Below are positions 37,395 to 42,295 of a stretch of DNA of 42,295 nt, piece after piece; the first letter of the stretch is position 1; each line of letters begins with the position of its first letter. The stretch is from contig CAYVSA010000011.1 in NCBI GenBank assembly GCA_964454175.1, positions 1 through 42,295 on the forward strand. The letters are read 5' to 3'. The notes beneath the pieces are model-generated. The model was not told the DNA's origin and did not search any database. It saw only the letters and a program-made list of their open reading frames with translations. The translations under genes and the position numbers were made by a program. The DNA is from an uncultured Pseudomonadota bacterium (GTDB lineage: Bacteria > BMS3Abin14).

Positions 37395-37754
37395 TCATTC
37401 GCCTTCCATTTCCGATGCCAGGTACTCGAGGATAACCTGATCAAGGTTTTTCTCTTCGATGGAATCCGGAAGGGGGTCAGCTGTTCCTTTGCCCTTGACG
37501 GCTTTGTGTGAGAACTTTCCAGAGGTAACAGATGCGATCATGCTCCGATGCTGGTCTTCAAGTATCTTGCGAAGCTGGGAGATGAAGCCCTCGGTACCCA
37601 CTATCTGCGCGTAACTCGTTTTTTTGGAAGCGAGAATTCTGCCGCCCTGGTAGATGAGACTTACGATGACGGGGTTTTCCGTCCCTCCGTCTTCGGTCTG
37701 AATGTGATAGACGGAGTCTTCATGCTTAATGTCGGTGTTATATCCGGTTAGCAT
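37395..37754 (-). CDS. Hypothetical protein (119 aa)
   Basis: GGAG SD and a globular-looking sequence (G.NTDI......YHIQTED...NP......GG.I). First gene of the ftsEX run. Confidence 0.8.
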   Translation of the reverse strand: MLTGYNTDIKHEDSVYHIQTEDGGTENPVIVSLIYQGGRILASKKTSYAQIVGTEGFISQLRKILEDQHRSMIASVTSGKFSHKAVKGKGTADPLPDSIEEKNLDQVILEYLASEMEGE

Positions 37755-37854
37755 TTGACTGGTTACACTCCATGGCTCATGAAATATGTTGTGACCATAA
37801 CCCTCGAATTATAGCTCTATCATTATGAATTCATCAAGAGATTTAGGATCAGGA

Positions 37855-38757
37855 TCAGCCCTGGGCGATATGCTGAAGGTGTTCCATCAACCGTTGTGCA
37901 GTTGGGGATATACTTCGGCCCGAATGGATAATGATGTAGAAATTGCGGTCGATTTTCAGGCCCTCGATGTCAAGTCGCACTATTTCTCCCGATTTGATGT
38001 CTCTCCGGACGGTGATCTCCGAGAGAAAGCCAGCTCCCAGGCCAGCGGCAACACCTTCTATAACAGCCTGGGTACTACCGAGGGTGGCCTTCCAGTTCAG
38101 AGCGTCCGGGTCGACCCCGATCGCCCTGAGGGCTGCTTCAACCGTTTCCTGCGTGCCCGAACCCTTCTCTCTCCTGATAAGGGGAAGTGCTGCGAGGTCA
38201 GACAATGCAATGTTATGTTCAGCCAGGTCCTTTGCCAGTTCAGCTGGCGCCGTCAGGATGATCTCATCATTACAGAGCAGGTGTGAGTCGAGAGATTCAC
38301 CCATTGTGCTTCCGACCACCCCGATGGATATCTCATCCGATCTGACCTTCTCCCTCACAGATGACGAGTCGCTGACGTTAAGCGTGATATCCACATCCGG
38401 GTAGGCTGCTGTAAAAGATCCGAGCCATCTCGGCAACAGGTAAACTCCGGGCACCGTGCTCGCCTCAAGGACGATCTCTCCGCTGACCTCCCCCATGAAA
38501 TCCCGCACGGCCTCGACGGACTGGTCGCACATGTCGATTATCCTCTGGGCATAATCAACAAAAACCCTGCCCGCGGGAGTCAGGGTTACGTGCCTGCCGG
38601 ACCGGTCAAAGAGGCGTACACCCAGGTGTTTTTCCAGATTCCTGATGTGAGTGCTCAGGGTGGGCTGGGTTACGTTAATCTCCCTTGCGGCGCTGGAAAA
38701 ACCCCCGTATTTTTTTATCGCGCTCATCGCGCGGAGCTGGCGAAGATCGATGGTCAT
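37855..38757 (-). CDS. LysR-family regulator resembling the selenium-metabolism-associated/CysL-like group
   Basis: HTH FSSAA..I.VTQPTLS.HI..LE..LG..LFDR, ASTVPG.YLLP, RE.GSGT and LGSTQAV. ATGA overlap with metH. Confidence 0.85.
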   Translation of the reverse strand: MTIDLRQLRAMSAIKKYGGFSSAAREINVTQPTLSTHIRNLEKHLGVRLFDRSGRHVTLTPAGRVFVDYAQRIIDMCDQSVEAVRDFMGEVSGEIVLEASTVPGVYLLPRWLGSFTAAYPDVDITLNVSDSSSVREKVRSDEISIGVVGSTMGESLDSHLLCNDEIILTAPAELAKDLAEHNIALSDLAALPLIRREKGSGTQETVEAALRAIGVDPDALNWKATLGSTQAVIEGVAAGLGAGFLSEITVRRDIKSGEIVRLDIEGLKIDRNFYIIIHSGRSISPTAQRLMEHLQHIAQG

Positions 38758-41177
38758 GCGCTGCCCCCATCCACGATGAACCTGTTAAACAGCTCCACTG
38801 CCTCCGTAGCGTCACCGGCGTATCCGTCTGCCCCGATATCCTCGGCGAACTGCGGCGTGACCGCCGCGCCTCCCACTACAACGGGTGCGTCCAGGCCGGA
38901 TTCCTTTATCGCTGCAACCGCTTCTTTCATCTTGATCATTGTTGTCGTCATGAGGGCGGAAAGACCTATCGCGCTGCACTTTTCAGAAGCTGCTGTTTCA
39001 ACTATCTTTTCGGAAGGCACGTTCTTTCCCAGGTCCAGGACTTCGTAGCCGTGGTTCTCCAGCAGGGTGATCACTATATTCTTGCCGATATCGTGGATGT
39101 CTCCCTCCACGGTTGCTATCAGTATCTTTCCCTTTGAAGGAAGATCCATTCCCAGGAGGTTCTCCCTGATAGGCGCAAAAGCCGCCTTCATGGACCTTGC
39201 CGACAGTATTACCTGGGGCAGGAAGTACTCGTTCTTTGCAAACCGGCTGCCCACCTCCGACATTGCCGGAATGAGGATCTTTTCGCTGATGTCCAGCGGC
39301 TCCATCCCGGATCCCAGCAGCCTGGCAGACAAGTCCCCTGCTGCGTTATCGTCGCCCCTGACAACAGCTGAATAGAGCTGTTCCTCGTCTGAACTGTCAC
39401 TTTTATCTTTGGCCGAAGGGGCAGATGAAGCATCAGAGTATTTCCCGATGTAATCCAGTGCGTTAGAGTCCTGGTTCAGGATCACCCTGGACGCCGAGTA
39501 GACCTTCATTATTGTTTCGTTCAGGGGGTTTGCTATAGCTGCGCTCAGGCCTGACTGGGCGGCCATGGCCAGGAAAGCCGCGTTCAGGTTGTCCCTTGCG
39601 GGGAGCCCGAAGGACACGTTGCTGATGCCCAGCAGCGTGTTCAGGCCCAGCTTTTCCCTGACCATTCTGACAGCCTTTAGTGTCTCCTCCACGATCTCCT
39701 GTTCTGCTCCTGCCGAGAGTACGAGGCAGTCGATGAGGAGGTTGCGCGGCTCCAGGCCTTCCTGGACAGCTCTTTTCAGTATATTCTCGGCGATGGCCAG
39801 TCTTTTCTCGGCCGTGTCAGGGATGCCGCTTTCATCCAGGCACAGGCCCAGAACGGCTGCTCCATATCGCCGGGCCAGGGGAAGCACTGCTTTCAGGCTG
39901 CTCTTTTCGCCCGTCACCGAGTTGATGATGGGTTTGCCGTCAGATGCGGCAAGGCCGGCCTCAACGACCTCTGGCCTGGGGGAGTCGATGCTCAGGGGAA
40001 CCGGACAGGATTGCTGTATGAGATTGATCGCGCGGCCCATTACCGCAGGTTCATCGATCCCGGGAACGCCCACATTTACGTCGAGGAGCTCGGCCCCTGC
40101 CTCGATCTGCCTTCGGGCTTCTTCTGTGTAGACGCCAAGGTCGCCGGTTCTCAGGGCCTCGGCCATCATCTTCCTGCCGGTGGGGTTGAGCCGCTCGCCG
40201 ATGATCTTCAGGCCGCTGTTGCCGCCAACGAAGCACACGGACCCTCTGGAAGAAAGGCTGGTGGCTCCCGGGTCCGGAAGTATTCTCGCAACCGGTCTCG
40301 CACCGTGCTGGTCGATCTCCCCTCGCAGCCGGGTAATGTGGTCGGGTGTATTTCCGCAGCAGCCGCCGATGACTCCGGTTCCAATGGAGACCAGGTCCTC
40401 CACGATAGATGCGACATCTTCGGGGGAAGCCGGGAATACGGTCTTTCCGTCCACCAGTTCGGGAATTCCCGCGTTGGGCATGGAGACTAATGGCAACTCA
40501 GTGACGGCGGCCATACGGCGAAGTACATCCAGGACACCATCCGGTCCCAGTCCGCAATTTGTGCCAAGAGCGTCCACGCCCAGGGCGTCCAGTGTTACCG
40601 CGGCGGCCTCGGGTGACGTGCCCAGAAGTGTGCTCCCCGAGGGCTCGAAGGACATGAGGGCGGCAACCGGGATGTCTGAAACTGTTCTGGCAGCTATTAC
40701 TGCCGCTCTGAGTTCCTTGATGTCTGTAAATGTCTCAAAGAGTATGAGGTCAGCCCCTTCCAGGGCAGTGATCTGTTCGGCGTAGATCTCGTATGCTTCC
40801 TCGAAGGTGAGATCTCCCACGGGTTCGACAAACCTGCCGGTGGGGCCCACGCTGGCGGCAACCAGGACTTTGCTGCCCACGGCCTTTTTGGCAAGCTTGA
40901 CCGCAGCGGAGTTGATCGGGCCTACCTGGTCCTGCAGGCTGTAGGCGGCAAGCTTGACACGGTTCCCGCCGAAGGTGTTTGTCTCGACGATGTCCGAGCC
41001 TGCCTTCGCGTAGGCAAGGTGTACTGCGCCGACAGCATCAGGGTTCTCGAGGTTCAGCTGCTCCAGGCACTGCCCGTCCTTCAGGGCGGACACCTGCAGC
41101 ATGGTCCCCATGGCACCATCGCAGAGGAGTACCTTTTCCTGTATCAGCTCGCGGAATCTGCTCATTGTGCGCTCCAC
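38754..41177 (-). CDS. metH: Cobalamin-dependent methionine synthase lacking the AdoMet reactivation domain
   Basis: DGAMGTML, Zn ligands GTNC and GGCCG, pterin domain IIGERLNPTG, B12 motif GDIHDIGKN. Ends after the B12 domain. Alternative start ATG 41165. Confidence 0.92.
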   Translation of the reverse strand: MERTMSRFRELIQEKVLLCDGAMGTMLQVSALKDGQCLEQLNLENPDAVGAVHLAYAKAGSDIVETNTFGGNRVKLAAYSLQDQVGPINSAAVKLAKKAVGSKVLVAASVGPTGRFVEPVGDLTFEEAYEIYAEQITALEGADLILFETFTDIKELRAAVIAARTVSDIPVAALMSFEPSGSTLLGTSPEAAAVTLDALGVDALGTNCGLGPDGVLDVLRRMAAVTELPLVSMPNAGIPELVDGKTVFPASPEDVASIVEDLVSIGTGVIGGCCGNTPDHITRLRGEIDQHGARPVARILPDPGATSLSSRGSVCFVGGNSGLKIIGERLNPTGRKMMAEALRTGDLGVYTEEARRQIEAGAELLDVNVGVPGIDEPAVMGRAINLIQQSCPVPLSIDSPRPEVVEAGLAASDGKPIINSVTGEKSSLKAVLPLARRYGAAVLGLCLDESGIPDTAEKRLAIAENILKRAVQEGLEPRNLLIDCLVLSAGAEQEIVEETLKAVRMVREKLGLNTLLGISNVSFGLPARDNLNAAFLAMAAQSGLSAAIANPLNETIMKVYSASRVILNQDSNALDYIGKYSDASSAPSAKDKSDSSDEEQLYSAVVRGDDNAAGDLSARLLGSGMEPLDISEKILIPAMSEVGSRFAKNEYFLPQVILSARSMKAAFAPIRENLLGMDLPSKGKILIATVEGDIHDIGKNIVITLLENHGYEVLDLGKNVPSEKIVETAASEKCSAIGLSALMTTTMIKMKEAVAAIKESGLDAPVVVGGAAVTPQFAEDIGADGYAGDATEAVELFNRFIVDGGSA

Positions 41178-41202
41178 TCGATCAAATTGATCTCGATCCG
41201 TC

Positions 41203-41222
41203 CCATAGACAGATTCGATAGG
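41203..41222. promoter_or_regulatory. Candidate LysR-type operator upstream of metH-lysR
   Basis: ATAG-N7-CGAT (41205-41219) fits T-N11-A with partial dyad symmetry, next to TGCTATACC on the minus strand. Confidence 0.45.
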
Positions 41223-41268
41223 TATAGCATGTTTTTATTGAAAGTAGAGCATTAGAAAATGGAAAATC

Positions 41269-41391
41269 TGGCGATGGGCAGGCTATGGGCGATTGGCTAT
41301 AGGCTATAGGCTGTAAGCTGTATGCTTGAGGCTATGGGCTATGGGCTATGGGCTATGGGCAATGGGCAATAGGCAATAGGCAAAAGGCAGG
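41269..41391. repeat. Long heptamer tandem tract (GGCTATG/GGCAATA variants)
   Basis: ggctatg x4, ggcaatg, ggcaata x2, plus degenerate copies upstream. Confidence 0.9.
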
Positions 41392-41428
41392 AGCCATTGG
41401 ATAAGTAACGAGGTGTTGAGGTATCGAA

Positions 41429-41713
41429 GTGTCGATGTGTCGAAGTTTACTTGTCCCTGGTATGTTGGCAGGGATTGGGATTCAAATTAAAGCTGAATTA
41501 ATAGATAAGAATAAAAAAGAGGATATTCAAAGCGGACAAGCCATTAGCGTACCAATTAACTGGGATATTGGTTTTACAAAGTACCTAGGATTTGGTTTTG
41601 CTGATGATGGTTCAAGTATAAACATTAATATCGGAATCGGCGCGGGATCACCTATTATTCTTCTCTTCCTCTTGAAGGGGAAATTGGAATTAATTACAAT
41701 TGGGACGGAATAA
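41429..41713 (+). pseudogene. AT-rich ORF fragment, possibly the C-terminal tip of a polymorphic toxin
   Basis: Gly/Ile-rich beta-like peptide with low GC, upstream of a small membrane gene and an RHS core remnant. Identity inferred from context only. Confidence 0.3.
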
Positions 41714-41751
41714 TGCCTTAGTAATATCATTCAATGGGATGAGGTGCAAAA

Positions 41752-42096
41752 ATGAATATTGTCTGTAGTGAAAAGTCGGACAATACAATTAGCCATGATT
41801 TAAAGATATATTGGGTAAAATTGTTTTTTGTTTTCTTAGTTTCGTGTCTGTTATTGTTTGGATCGATGTTTTTAATAAATACATTCGATAAGCCAGCTAA
41901 ATTAATCTATGTAGTATTCATTCCGTGTTTAATTATTTTCACCATACAAATGTCACAGATAAGCAATATAAAATGTCCTGCATGTGGACAGCCAGTGTTT
42001 GTTAAACATAGCATCGGTAAGTTCCCATTATTTGTATATCCCTTTGGTCTTTTTGGCACAAGGTGCCCTCATTGCAATTGTGAAAATAAATCTTGA
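41752..42096 (+). CDS. Small AT-rich membrane protein, two TM plus CPAC...CPHC zinc ribbon (possible immunity protein)
   Basis: GAGGTG SD, two hydrophobic helices and two CxxC motifs. Confidence 0.65.
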   Translation: MNIVCSEKSDNTISHDLKIYWVKLFFVFLVSCLLLFGSMFLINTFDKPAKLIYVVFIPCLIIFTIQMSQISNIKCPACGQPVFVKHSIGKFPLFVYPFGLFGTRCPHCNCENKS

Positions 42097-42103
42097 GCAG
42101 ACT

Positions 42104-42184
42104 CACTTCTTCCACGCTGATTATCTTGGATCAGTCAGGCTTGTCACTGACGTTACAGGTGCAGTAGTATGGTCTGAGCGTTAC
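42104..42184 (+). pseudogene. RHS repeat-associated core remnant
   Basis: Hand translation HFFHADYLGSVRLVTDVTGAVVWSERY matches the RHS core pattern H.D.LGS....TD..G.VVW...Y. It breaks off where (D)PFG is expected. Confidence 0.8.
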
Positions 42185-42185
42185 A

Positions 42186-42269
42186 GAAAAATCTGTGGGG
42201 TCAAACCTCACTTTCTTACCTTTTATGGAAAAATCTGTGGGGTCAAACCTCACTTTCTTACCTTTTATG
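42186..42269. repeat. Exact 42-bp tandem duplication
   Basis: GAAAAATCTGTGGGGTCAAACCTCACTTTCTTACCTTTTATG at 42186-42227 and 42228-42269. Confidence 0.95.
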
Positions 42270-42295
42270 TGTTTATACCGACTGCTATATTAATC

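Noticed and set aside
41178-41270. SAM or cobalamin riboswitch upstream of metH
   Set aside because: The space before the candidate promoter is too short and I recognised no aptamer consensus.

Overview
Bacterial chromosomal window, mostly a long minus-strand run of housekeeping genes. Gene content and order look Desulfobacterota/deltaproteobacterial (inference). In transcription order: metH-lysR, ftsEX-envC-ctpA-yibQ-like-tsaD-TPR-LolB-like-ispE-spoVG-tRNA-Gln-prs-rplY-pth-hppA, DUF951, rpsF-ssb-rpsR-yybS-rplI-dnaB-alr-mlaEFD-radA-pgaB-like, a cytochrome gene-dusB-ntrB-ntrC, rhlE and typA. The main find is that two ORF-track entries (11042..11260 and 9701..11029) are one in-frame gene interrupted by a TGA in a C-G-U motif. 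An fdhF-like SECIS hairpin lies 11 nt after the UGA. The predicted product is a 519-aa selenocysteine lipoprotein fusing a degenerate UshA/5'-nucleotidase fold to a tetraheme c-type cytochrome, and its stop overlaps the start of dusB-ntrBC. Other points of note: a LysR resembling the selenium-metabolism-associated family, a CTG-initiated gene, a candidate attenuator leader for rplY, an S6:S18 leader, an MlaD with a C-terminal beta-rich domain, an orphan CooT, an eroded RHS toxin/immunity cassette, dispersed heptamer repeats, and short GTCA-core repeats at both AT-rich ends. All calls come from reading the sequence; no searches were run.
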